Below are positions 44,999 through 53,602 of a DNA stretch of 64,000 bases, piece by piece (within the stretch, counting starts at the first letter, position 1; each line of letters begins with the position of its first letter). The notes under the pieces were generated by a model. That model was not told the origin of the DNA. It made no database searches and worked only from the letters and a program-made list of their open reading frames with translations. The stretch covers positions 462,342 through 526,341 of the forward strand of contig JADFNM010000001.1 of NCBI GenBank assembly GCA_022563395.1, read 5' to 3'. The translations under genes and the position numbers were made by a program. The DNA comes from Patescibacteria group bacterium. Lineage in GTDB: Bacteria > Patescibacteriota > Minisyncoccia > Minisyncoccales > UBA10102.

Positions 44999-45708
44999 GT
45001 TTCAGGATTCGTGCGTTTAATATACCACTGCTGGCCAATGGAAAACAAAGACGTTGTTATCCAATACAAACCAATGGCAGAGGGCAGTTGAGACACAATA
45101 ACCAGGGTTAAAATGGGAAAGAAATATAGGGCTTGCTTTTGGAAGGTCACAGCAAAGCTCTTTTGGTCTCCTGCTGGGCGCTTTTGTACCATCTGCTTTC
45201 CCTGGACAAACTGGAAGACCGCTGCTACAGCTGCCATGGCAAGAGACTGCTCCCCCAGGTTTATCATGCCAAGAAAGGTTGGGTCAATGAGCCCCGGGTT
45301 TGCAACAAAACTATACAGAAACTGCAGCTGTTCTACCGCAAGCCCTTTCCAGAACACCTGGTATAGGGCAATGAGAAAGGGAATCTGCAAAAGAATGGGC
45401 AGGATGCCAGCAAGGGGATTGACCTTCTCTTTTTTGTAGAGCTCTAAAAGTTCTTTTGCCTGCCTATCCCGGTCCTTTTTAAAACGCTCTTGGATTTCCT
45501 TTGCTTTGGGCTGCAAAGCCGTGAGCTTTCGCTGCGCCACCACTGCTTTAGCTGACATGGGGGCAAAGGCAAAACGCACGAGCAGGGTTACCAAGATAAC
45601 CGCAATCCCAAAGTCCTGGCCCGGAACAAGGTTATACAAAATAACCAGGGTATTAAAAAGGGGTTCAAAAAGAACGGTGTGGTAGATTGAGAAAAGGAAA
45701 TCTATCAT
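44995..45708 (-). CDS. yidC: Membrane protein insertase YidC (short form)
   Basis: Five TM helices with conserved NPLAGILPILLQIPF and PSAIGLYW segments. Confidence 0.9.
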   Translation of the reverse strand: MIDFLFSIYHTVLFEPLFNTLVILYNLVPGQDFGIAVILVTLLVRFAFAPMSAKAVVAQRKLTALQPKAKEIQERFKKDRDRQAKELLELYKKEKVNPLAGILPILLQIPFLIALYQVFWKGLAVEQLQFLYSFVANPGLIDPTFLGMINLGEQSLAMAAVAAVFQFVQGKQMVQKRPAGDQKSFAVTFQKQALYFFPILTLVIVSQLPSAIGLYWITTSLFSIGQQWYIKRTNPET

Positions 45709-46055
45709 GAAATACGAGTAAGTTTTGCCTTCAAAAAGAGTTTTTCAATGATGCTTTGGGCCTCGTTGAGATCTTTCAATGAAAATCCTGGGAGCGCAAC
45801 CAGGACAATATCGTATGGGCCTCGCAAAGAATCTTGCTGTGCCCCGAGAGCCTCTGAAAGGAGCCTCCTCATGCGATTTCTGTGCACTGCCTTCTTTGCG
45901 ACGCTTTTTGGCACCACGATTCCAAAACGGGAAGAGTTCTTTTGCGACGCTTTTGCCTTGAGGAGCAGCGCCCCTTCCTTGACGCTGCGCTTACTGCGAG
46001 AAACCGCACGGAAATCTCTTGTAAGCTTGAGGCGTTTTTCTGCGGGGAGGGCCAT
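45705..46055 (-). CDS. rnpA: Ribonuclease P protein component
   Basis: Basic 116-aa protein with RNRMRR(L) (the RNR motif). Lies between rpmH and yidC. Confidence 0.8.
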   Translation of the reverse strand: MALPAEKRLKLTRDFRAVSRSKRSVKEGALLLKAKASQKNSSRFGIVVPKSVAKKAVHRNRMRRLLSEALGAQQDSLRGPYDIVLVALPGFSLKDLNEAQSIIEKLFLKAKLTRIS

Positions 46056-46060
46056 TGCGT

Positions 46061-46195
46061 TTACGGCGTCAGGCGCTTTCTGCCTTTCTTTCTTCTGCGG
46101 GACAACACCCTTTTGCCGTTCTTGGTTTTGCTGCGCTTGAGAAACCCGTGGGTTCTAGCCCTCTTTTTCTTTTTTGGCTGATACGTTATGCTCAT
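46061..46195 (-). CDS. rpmH: 50S ribosomal protein L34 (not in ORF track, 44 aa)
   Basis: Manual translation: [50 protein letters not shown] lies 7 nt upstream. Confidence 0.9.
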   Translation of the reverse strand: MSITYQPKKKKRARTHGFLKRSKTKNGKRVLSRRRKKGRKRLTP

Positions 46196-46548
46196 AAAAG
46201 AAAGTATACTACAAAAGGAGCTCGGTGTCTATTTGGGGCTCGACATAAGGTTTTCCGCGACCACCTCGTCCCGCCCCCAGCGAGGCGGGCGGGTTGCCCT
46301 CTCGGTCTGCCACCCTTCGGGACCATGCTGGCAGACCTGCGAGAGCTCGCAAAAACCTTAATGTCTTGCCCATCTCATTCTTCACATATTTTCCACAGGT
46401 TTTGCACACTAGGACACATTTTAACCTTAACTTTACCCCTCCCCTTGTCATTGTGTATAATGATGGCGTACTATACAGAATTACTGGTGCCATCATTTGT
46501 GCCGGCGGGCACATAATGATGACGTATCATGATGTTGCTCCCGTGAAT

Positions 46549-46622
46549 CCCGTTAGAAGTCCAGCCCACAAACGTAGAAACCATCCATGAACAACAATGC
46601 TAACAATTTTAACTTCTAACGG
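46549..46622 (+). promoter_or_regulatory. dnaA leader element: 11-bp stem arms flanking a 10-codon mini-ORF (46587-46619, MNNNANNFNF)
   Basis: CCGTTAGAAGT ... ACTTCTAACGG. About 80% identical over ~78 nt to 60790-60868. The mini-ORF stop lies 4 nt before the dnaA ATG. Confidence 0.6.
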
Positions 46623-46623
46623 C

Positions 46624-47982
46624 ATGAATAAAGATGAACTCTGGCAGGCTGCCTTAGCCCAGCTCCAATTCAAAATCTCCCCCGCCAACTTTGCAACCTG
46701 GCTTAAAAACACCTTCATCCTCTCAAAAAAAGAAGGGACTCTTTTTGTTTCTGTCCCCAACAACTTCTCAAAAGAATGGCTGGAACACAAGTACAACAAA
46801 ATTATCTTTCATGCGATCCGAAGCCTGGACAACGAGATTCGGGAAATCCGCTACACCGTAGAGAGGACGCAGCCAAAACCCAAGGAAACTCCTCCTCAAC
46901 CAACGAGCCAAGTCCAAGAAGACCAGATGGAGTTTCCGGAGTTTAAGGTAGACCGCTCCACCAATCTCAACCCCCGCTATGCCTTTGACAACTTTATTGT
47001 AGGGGCCTTTAACGAACTGGCGCATGCGGCCTCCTTGGCTGTTGTAAAAACCCCCGGCAGCGTATACAACCCCCTCTTTGTCTACGGCGGCGTAGGACTT
47101 GGAAAAACTCACTTGCTTCAAGCGATTGGCAACCAGATTATAAAAGAATTTCCTCAAAAGAAGTTAAAATATATTTCCTCGGAGCGTTTCACGTCCGGGG
47201 TAGTGTCTGCCATCCGAAACAAGAACATGGATGCCTTGCGCTTAATGTACCGAGAGCTTGATGTCCTGATTGTTGACGACGTACAGTTTTTGGCAGGAAA
47301 GGATAAAACCCAAGAAGAACTCTTCCACACCTTCAACACCCTTTACGAAGCAGGAAAGCAGATTATCTTTTCCTCAGACCGTCCCCCAAAGGCCATTCCT
47401 GCTTTAGAAGAGCGTCTGAGGTCTCGGTTTGAGGGCGGCATGGTAGCTGACATCTCCTCGCCAGACTACGAAACCAGAATAGCAATCTTGCGAGCCAAGA
47501 TGCAAGAAAAAGAGCTTGCTTTGGACGATGAGGTCTTGGACTATATCGCCTCCCACATTCAAAGGAATATACGGGAGCTGGAAGGGGCCCTGAACCGACT
47601 TGCTGCTTTCTCGCGTCTCAACTCGGGCAAGACTCCGGCCTTTGGGGAAGCAAAAACCCTGCTGCGTACGGTCATTCAAAACCCAAACAGGGTGGCTAAC
47701 CCAAAGAAAATCCTTCAGGTGGTAGCTGAGTTCTACGACTTAAGAGAAAAAGATATACTGGCCCTGTCTCGAAAAAAAGAGGTGGTGAGACCCCGCCAGA
47801 TTGCAATGTACCTTTTAAGAGAGGAACTTAAGGGTTCCTACCCTTTTATTGGGAAGAGGTTTGGTGGTAAAGATCATACCACCGCCATCTACGCTTGTGC
47901 AAAAATTGCAAAAGAACTTCAGGTCTCTGAGGTTTTGGTTGATGAAATCGCGTTAATACGCCAGCGCATATACAGTGGATAG
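46624..47982 (+). CDS. dnaA: Chromosomal replication initiator DnaA
   Basis: Walker A GGVGLGKTHL, box VII and a C-terminal DNA-binding helix (DHTTAIYA). Start at the ATG at 46624 (MNKDELWQAALAQL). Confidence 0.95.
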   Translation: MNKDELWQAALAQLQFKISPANFATWLKNTFILSKKEGTLFVSVPNNFSKEWLEHKYNKIIFHAIRSLDNEIREIRYTVERTQPKPKETPPQPTSQVQEDQMEFPEFKVDRSTNLNPRYAFDNFIVGAFNELAHAASLAVVKTPGSVYNPLFVYGGVGLGKTHLLQAIGNQIIKEFPQKKLKYISSERFTSGVVSAIRNKNMDALRLMYRELDVLIVDDVQFLAGKDKTQEELFHTFNTLYEAGKQIIFSSDRPPKAIPALEERLRSRFEGGMVADISSPDYETRIAILRAKMQEKELALDDEVLDYIASHIQRNIRELEGALNRLAAFSRLNSGKTPAFGEAKTLLRTVIQNPNRVANPKKILQVVAEFYDLREKDILALSRKKEVVRPRQIAMYLLREELKGSYPFIGKRFGGKDHTTAIYACAKIAKELQVSEVLVDEIALIRQRIYSG

Positions 47983-48123
47983 ATTGGGGAGAGCTTTTGC
48001 CCTCCTCTTGACGCCGCCCCGCCCCTGCTTTTCTCCACAATATTTCCCGAACAATCCACAAGAACAAATAGAAGGTATAATAAAATAATCCACACCAGTA
48101 AGTATAATAAAGATATTATACTA
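47983..48123. promoter_or_regulatory. Candidate oriC segment: three DnaA-box-like 9-mers plus an AT-rich tract
   Basis: TTCTCCACA (48031-48039), CAATCCACA (48052-48060) and TAATCCACA (48086-48094), then an AT-rich run at 48095-48123. Confidence 0.5.
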
Positions 48124-49251
48124 ATGAAAACCCAGATATTAAAAGAAGGTTTAAAACGAGCCATAGCGATTGTGGAAAGAGCAACAGCCAAAACCCCAAC
48201 ATTACTGACGCTGGGGGCAATCTCGCTTGTCGCCGATAAAAACACTCTTGAGTTGTCGTCCACAGACCTTGAAATGGGCATTCGCTACAAGTTGTTGGCA
48301 AAGACAGAGAAAGAAGGGGGCATTGCTGTGCCCTCGCGGCTCTTCTCCCAGCTTGTGGGCGTACTGCCAGAAAAAGAAATTAACCTAAGTTTGGTGGGGG
48401 GAGAACTGAGGATTGAATCCAAAGAACACCAAACCAGCCTAAAAACCCTTTCTTTGGATGATTTCCCCATTATTCCTTCTCTTAAGGAGGGAGAGGAGGG
48501 AGTGGAGGTTGAAACCAAGGTTTTTTGTGCGGGGCTCAGCCAGGTTGTTTCAATCCCTGGGCAAAATCAGACGCGACCTGAAATCTCAGGAGTTCTCATT
48601 TCTATTCAAAAAGATGGGATGAGGATTGTTGCAACAGACAGCTTTAGGTTGGCAGAAAAAATCCTGAGTTTTAGCAAGCCCCAGCACATAGAAACCTCCT
48701 TTATCCTCCCCCAAAAGACAGCCAGAGAACTTGTTGCTATCTTTTCAGATCTCCCCGGGAAGATGAAACTCTATGTATCTCCGACCCAGGCCCTGTTTGA
48801 CTATTCTACAAAAGAAGAGGTTGGACACCCCTCATTGCAGGTTGTCTCGCGTCTCATTGAAGGGGAATACCCCCACTACCAAGACGTTATCCCGCGAAAC
48901 TTTGTCACAAAGGTGCGGGCCTTAAGACAAGAACTTATATCCTGCATTAAGGCAGCAGCGGTTTTTTCTGGCAAGATGCAAGATACCAAGCTGGTAGCTG
49001 ACCCAAAAAAGAAAGGACTTGAGATCTCCGCAGAAAGCGCAGATGTTGGGAGACACAGCTCCTTTCTTTCGGCCGATGTAACAGGGGAGCACCTGGAGAT
49101 TTCCTTTAACTGGAGGTTTTTATTGGAGGGACTTTCGAATATCAAAGGGGAGGAGGTAGAGATTGGATTTGGAGGAGAAGACGCACCAGTCCTTATGCGT
49201 CCTTTGGGCAAGGAACAGTATCTCTACGTTGTGATGCCCGTTAAGGCATAG
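48124..49251 (+). CDS. dnaN: DNA polymerase III beta sliding clamp
   Basis: 375 aa with three-domain clamp length and position after dnaA. C-terminal motif MRPL..YLYVVMPV. Confidence 0.95.
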   Translation: MKTQILKEGLKRAIAIVERATAKTPTLLTLGAISLVADKNTLELSSTDLEMGIRYKLLAKTEKEGGIAVPSRLFSQLVGVLPEKEINLSLVGGELRIESKEHQTSLKTLSLDDFPIIPSLKEGEEGVEVETKVFCAGLSQVVSIPGQNQTRPEISGVLISIQKDGMRIVATDSFRLAEKILSFSKPQHIETSFILPQKTARELVAIFSDLPGKMKLYVSPTQALFDYSTKEEVGHPSLQVVSRLIEGEYPHYQDVIPRNFVTKVRALRQELISCIKAAAVFSGKMQDTKLVADPKKKGLEISAESADVGRHSSFLSADVTGEHLEISFNWRFLLEGLSNIKGEEVEIGFGGEDAPVLMRPLGKEQYLYVVMPVKA

Positions 49252-49320
49252 ACTGCGTTTTGAGTAAAACAGGTTCTAACATCGTCCATGAGGCGGAACC
49301 CGTAAAGCCGGATCAAAGAA

Positions 49321-49348
49321 TTGTCATCAGGCCGACTTCTGCTATAAT
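49321..49348 (+). promoter_or_regulatory. Promoter TTGTCA-16-TATAAT, -10 ends 6 nt before the ATG at 49355
   Basis: Read directly from the sequence. Confidence 0.5.
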
Positions 49349-49354
49349 CTAAAT

Positions 49355-49663
49355 ATGGACACTTTTACTCTTATAATTCTCGGTTTAGCCAGTTTGCCCA
49401 TAGCCGGTTTCATTTTTGTTTATATTGGACAAAAGCATGGACATAAATACAAAAGTTATTTGGGCAGTACTATTCTCTTAGGAGTAGGCGGGTTGGTTAT
49501 TGGAGCTATTTCTTCTTTTGCTGTCATTTATTTGCTGTGTGCAAATGAGCCGCCTTCAAGCTTTTGTGGGCTTGAGATATTCTTCTGGTTTCCTCCTTTA
49601 ACTATCCTTGGGACTAGCATAGGAGTTATTATTGGAATTATACGATGGAAAAGAGGCCCTTAA
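49355..49663 (+). CDS. Small membrane protein, hypothetical
   Basis: 102-aa ORF with three TM helices. Confidence 0.5.
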   Translation: MDTFTLIILGLASLPIAGFIFVYIGQKHGHKYKSYLGSTILLGVGGLVIGAISSFAVIYLLCANEPPSSFCGLEIFFWFPPLTILGTSIGVIIGIIRWKRGP

Positions 49664-49772
49664 GGAAGAACAAGTTTTCCGAACTCTGAATATTTTCAAC
49701 TCACCCAAAAGCCCAAAAGCTTGAAGGCCGTCCCACCCGGGGAGTCGTTACTGCTTAAACGAAATTTAAGCA

Positions 49773-51695
49773 CTATTTATTGAAGCCAGTAGTTATGAGG
49801 GGGAGCGCCTCTTTCATGAACTGGTTCCAGATGGGAGAGGCAACAACAACCCCAGGAGCCTCTCGCATTGCCGTGTTATCATTGTTGCCGACCCACACGC
49901 CAGCAACGAGAGCGCTGGTGTACCCTATCGTCCAGGCATCTCGGTACTCTTGGGTGGTGCCGGTTTTTACTGCGGTTTCAAACCCCGGGACCAAGAGCCA
50001 AGACTTGCTTCCAAACACCGGGGCCCGTGTCTCATTGTCTGAAAGGATATTGGTAATGAGCCTTGCAACCTCAGGCTCCATAATCTGGAATGCCCCGTTC
50101 TCGTTGCGTAAAAGCTCTCTTCCCCTAGAATCTTCCACCCAAAGAATGCTCAAGGGGTATACCCTTTTTCCCTCGGAAGCGAAGACGCTGTAGGCTACTA
50201 CCATGTCTAGTAAATACACCTCACCTCCTCCCAGCACCAAAGAAGGCCCATAGTTTGAGGGATCTTTGAGTGTGGTAATGCCGAGTTCTTTTGCCCTGGC
50301 AATAGCATCCTCCAATCCAGCCAATCCAAGCAGCACCTTTACGGAAGGAACATTCAAAGACTGTGCTAGGGCCTGCCTCAGAGTCACTGTGCCCCGAAAC
50401 AGCCCGTCATAGTTTTGTGGGATGTATTCTTCGTTTCCCCATACTCCAAAGTTGGTTTCCACGTCTTCTACAACAGTTTCGTCGTCAGCGCCTTTTTCAA
50501 AGGCAACAGCGTACACAAAGGGTTTGAACGCAGACCCGGGCTGGCGCCCTTGAAGATACATTGCAACATTTACCTTTGGGTCAAACAGGCAGTTCTTCCC
50601 CGGAGCACATCCTTTAGGATATGGCTCCCCCGACCAGTTCTTGGAGCCCACCAGAGAGAGGATTTCTCCCGTAGAGGGGTTTATTGCAACCAAGGCTGCG
50701 TTGTACGCGTTAAAAAACTCGTTTCTTGCGGTATATGCATCCACCGCGTCCTCTGCTGTCTTTTGAAGCTCCCAGTCCAGGGTTGTTATAACTCTCAAGC
50801 CGTTCTCTCGCAAAAACTCTTCCCCATACCTTGAAAGCAGGGAGTCTAACACGGAAAGCACAAAGTGGGGGGCCTTAATACTGGCTCTCGATTCCGCAAA
50901 CGCAACCTCTTTGCTCCTTGCTTTTAAAAGCTCCTCTTTTGAAACAAGATCAAGCTCTGCCATGCGAGAGAGCACAAAGTCCTTTCTCAAGAGAAGCTCG
51001 TCTTGGTGAGGGCCAAAGGGGGAGTAATAGGTGGGAGCCTTGATCATGGCAGCAAGCACCGCAGACTCTTCTAAGGTAAGGTCTGAGGCCGGCTTCTCAA
51101 AGTATGCTTGAGCTGCCGCTCCCACCCCGTAGGAGTTTCCTCCCCAGGGAATCTGGTTTAAGTAGAACTCCATGATTTCATGTTTGGAATACCGGCGCTC
51201 CAACTCCAAAGTTAAGATAAGTTCTCGCACCTTTCTGCCCAATGTTTTCTCTCTGCTCAAAAGGGTAGAGCGTGCTAACTGCTGGGTGATGGTAGAAGCC
51301 CCCTGAGCAGGTTTAAGCAAGGAAAGGTTTCGCAGCACGGCCCGCACCACGGCCTTCATGTCTACCCCAAAGTGAGAATAGAAGTTCTGGTCTTCAGCGG
51401 CAATGACGGCCACGGAGAGAAAGGGAGAAATATCATTGAGGGGGACAAACTCCCGCTTTTCATCTCCGTGTATTTCATACAAGAGTACTTTTCCTGTTCG
51501 GTCGTAGATTTTGGTTGGCCTCGCAAAGGAAACCTCGCTTAAGTTCTCTGGCCGAGGCAAATCTTTTGCGTAGTACAAAAAGACTCCACCCCCCAAGAGT
51601 AAAAGCAAAAGAAGAGAAAAAAAGAGTACCTTCCCAATGCGGAGAGCAAGAGAGGAGTTTTTTTGGTATGTTTTTTTGTAGTGGCGCTTTGCCAT
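49773..51695 (-). CDS. Class A penicillin-binding protein (glycosyltransferase plus transpeptidase)
   Basis: GT51 motifs EDQNFYSHFG and RKVRE..LE..YSK, and transpeptidase motifs SAFKPF and KTGTT. Confidence 0.9.
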   Translation of the reverse strand: MAKRHYKKTYQKNSSLALRIGKVLFFSLLLLLLLGGGVFLYYAKDLPRPENLSEVSFARPTKIYDRTGKVLLYEIHGDEKREFVPLNDISPFLSVAVIAAEDQNFYSHFGVDMKAVVRAVLRNLSLLKPAQGASTITQQLARSTLLSREKTLGRKVRELILTLELERRYSKHEIMEFYLNQIPWGGNSYGVGAAAQAYFEKPASDLTLEESAVLAAMIKAPTYYSPFGPHQDELLLRKDFVLSRMAELDLVSKEELLKARSKEVAFAESRASIKAPHFVLSVLDSLLSRYGEEFLRENGLRVITTLDWELQKTAEDAVDAYTARNEFFNAYNAALVAINPSTGEILSLVGSKNWSGEPYPKGCAPGKNCLFDPKVNVAMYLQGRQPGSAFKPFVYAVAFEKGADDETVVEDVETNFGVWGNEEYIPQNYDGLFRGTVTLRQALAQSLNVPSVKVLLGLAGLEDAIARAKELGITTLKDPSNYGPSLVLGGGEVYLLDMVVAYSVFASEGKRVYPLSILWVEDSRGRELLRNENGAFQIMEPEVARLITNILSDNETRAPVFGSKSWLLVPGFETAVKTGTTQEYRDAWTIGYTSALVAGVWVGNNDNTAMREAPGVVVASPIWNQFMKEALPLITTGFNK

Positions 51696-51797
51696 GGGGG
51701 TTTTAAGATGTAAGATAGCATGAAATTGCCTCTTTTACAACGAGAAAAAGTATCCTACAATAAGAGAACAAGGCCACACAGCTTCCAAAGAAATTTT

Positions 51798-52967
51798 ATG
51801 AAAAAACTGACAACAAACGAAGTGCTCACGCGGCAGGTGGCAGAGATTCTTCCTACCAAGAAAGGCCTCGCAGCTGTAATGAAAAAGAGAAAGATTCGCC
51901 TCTATCTCGGTATTGATCCTACCGGGGGGAACCTTCACTTGGGGCATGCCATTGCTTTAAGAAAGCTCCAGCAATTTGCAGACCTTGGGCATGAGGCAAT
52001 CCTGCTTGTGGGGACCGGGACCGTTCTTGCAGGAGACCCTTCCCAGCGGGATACTGCCCGCCCAACGCTTACAAAAAAAGAAATAGAGAAGAACACGAGA
52101 GATTGGAAGAAACAGGCGGGAAAGGTAATTGATTTTTCCAAGGTAAAGATGAGATACAACGGGGATTGGTTGCTTAGGCTTAAGCTTTCGGATATTTTAG
52201 AGATAGCGTCCAATATTTCTGCGGTGCAGCTGTTTCAGCGAGATATGTTCCAGCGAAGAATCAAAAGAGGAGACACCGTATGGATGCATGAAACCTTGTA
52301 CCCCCTGCTGCAGGGGTATGATTCCGTTGCCTTAAATGTGGACCTGGAAATCGGAGGAACCGATCAGGTGTTTAACATGCTCATTGGGAGGGAACTTGAG
52401 CGAAAGATGAAAAACAAAGAAAAGTTTGTACTCACAGTTTCTATGATCCTTGGGTTAGACGGAAGAACCATGAGCAAGACCTCGGGCAACACAGTGAACA
52501 TTGCAGACCCCCCAAAGGAAATGTACGGCAAGTTAATGACCCTGCGAGACGAGCTTGTATCGCAGTACTTTGAGTTGGCAGCCGATGTCTCGCAAAAAGA
52601 AATCACGAAGCTTAAGAAAAGACTTTCTCCGAGAGACTTTAAAGCTCGCCTTGCCAAGGAAATCGTAGCCCTGTACCACGGGGTGAAAAAGGCACAAGGA
52701 GCAGAAAAAGAGTTTGTGCGGGTGTTTCAAAAAAAGCAGCTGCCTTTACGCATACAGAAGGCAAAAATAAGCCGCCAAGGGCCCCTTCCCCTGTACAAAG
52801 CCACAGCAGAATTGTTTTCTATTTCTGGGTCAGAGGCGCGTAGAGTCATAGAGCAGGGTGGAGTAAAGATTGACGGTATGGTACAAAGAGATCCCAGCCT
52901 GGTTCTCAAGCCAAGATCCGGAATGATTATTCAACTGGGAAAAAGAAGAACTTTTCAAATTATGTAG
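51798..52967 (+). CDS. tyrS: Tyrosyl-tRNA synthetase (type with C-terminal S4 domain)
   Basis: HIGH-type motif NLHLGH and a KMSKS-type motif (TMSKTSGN), with a C-terminal S4-like segment. Start at the ATG at 51798. Confidence 0.9.
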   Translation: MKKLTTNEVLTRQVAEILPTKKGLAAVMKKRKIRLYLGIDPTGGNLHLGHAIALRKLQQFADLGHEAILLVGTGTVLAGDPSQRDTARPTLTKKEIEKNTRDWKKQAGKVIDFSKVKMRYNGDWLLRLKLSDILEIASNISAVQLFQRDMFQRRIKRGDTVWMHETLYPLLQGYDSVALNVDLEIGGTDQVFNMLIGRELERKMKNKEKFVLTVSMILGLDGRTMSKTSGNTVNIADPPKEMYGKLMTLRDELVSQYFELAADVSQKEITKLKKRLSPRDFKARLAKEIVALYHGVKKAQGAEKEFVRVFQKKQLPLRIQKAKISRQGPLPLYKATAELFSISGSEARRVIEQGGVKIDGMVQRDPSLVLKPRSGMIIQLGKRRTFQIM

Positions 52968-53235
52968 GAGTGTAGGATCCGAACAAAATCAATTGAGCGG
53001 AACGAATTTGGTCAAGCTTCAAGGCACGAGGAGCGATGCGTATCTTTAGATACATGAGCGACGAGAAACGCAGAAGATTGGTCAAATTCGCCCGCCCTGC
53101 GGGAAGCTCGGAAATGGCCGATTTCTTCGTTGCTCCTCCTCAACGTACCTTATAGGTACACTTTTGTCGTCGCGCCTTGAAATCGTCTCATTTCCGAGCT
53201 TCTCAAGCTGATTTGTGTTCGGATCCTACACTCCA
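52968..53235. repeat. 268-nt highly structured element with 19-nt perfect (about 30-nt imperfect) terminal inverted repeats: MITE or structured RNA
   Basis: GGAGTGTAGGATCCGAACA at 52967-52985 vs its reverse complement at 53215-53233, with several nested internal hairpins. Lies between the tyrS stop and the terminator. Confidence 0.75.
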
Positions 53236-53245
53236 GGCGTTGAAC

Positions 53246-53274
53246 AAAAAACCCCGGAAAATCCGGGGTTTTTT
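53246..53274. terminator. Bidirectional rho-independent terminator
   Basis: AAAAAA-CCCCGG-aaaat-CCGGGG-TTTTTT between convergent genes. Confidence 0.8.
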
Positions 53275-53277
53275 GTG

Positions 53278-53514
53278 TTAGTTAGCCTCTCCTCCTTCCT
53301 TGGGAGACTCAGATCCTTCCTTGGGAGACTCAGAAGAGTCGTCGCCGTTCTTGTCCTCTTGCGTGGACGTTTCGGCGTCTCCATCTCCGTCGCCATCCAA
53401 CAGGGTGGCAGAAGCTGAGGATTCCTCAGAAGAAGAAGGAGTTTCCCCTTCGGGCTTCTCTTTTTCCTCTCCGTCCAAGACGGTGGAAGCCAATTTTGTT
53501 TCGTCGAGAATCAT
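53278..53514 (-). CDS. Small acidic low-complexity protein, hypothetical
   Basis: 78-aa ORF, Asp/Glu/Ser-rich, with a tandem SESPKEG repeat. Downstream of ruvC. Confidence 0.35.
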   Translation of the reverse strand: MILDETKLASTVLDGEEKEKPEGETPSSSEESSASATLLDGDGDGDAETSTQEDKNGDDSSESPKEGSESPKEGGEAN

Positions 53515-53602
53515 GTTTTTTTCGGTTTCCGTTTTTAGTTTTTATTAAAAGGGGCATAGCCCCCAATGTAAACGGTCAGACCTTTCACCGTCCTAGTGTA
53601 TG

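Noticed and set aside
46217-46350. Possible small SRP (4.5S) RNA in the rpmH-dnaA spacer, because of GGUCCCGAAGGG-like and ACCA/AGCA elements.
   Set aside because: On neither strand do the tetraloop, symmetric-loop AGCA and asymmetric-loop ACCA fall in the arrangement of SRP helix 8. I kept it only as an unnamed structured patch.
46055-46516. 153-aa plus-strand ORF and the overlapping 101-aa minus-strand ORF (46209-46514) in the rpmH-dnaA region.
   Set aside because: The first is antisense to rpmH, which is unambiguous. Both run through hairpin-rich non-coding DNA with no coding-like sequence.
46597-46623. Longer N-terminal extensions offered by the ORF track (dnaA 46597, pilM 6767, pilB 12864, HK 14196, nusA 20839, rsmA 32664, virB4 41768, tyrS 51720, ruvC 54115).
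   Set aside because: The extensions overlap upstream genes or repeat elements and add non-conserved residues. Internal ATGs give canonical family N-termini and, in several cases, a -10 hexamer 6 nt upstream.
15552-49771. The hairpin repeats considered as a CRISPR array.
   Set aside because: Copies are scattered over 34 kb with irregular spacing, mixed orientations and variable sequence. There is no repeat-spacer periodicity and there are no cas genes.
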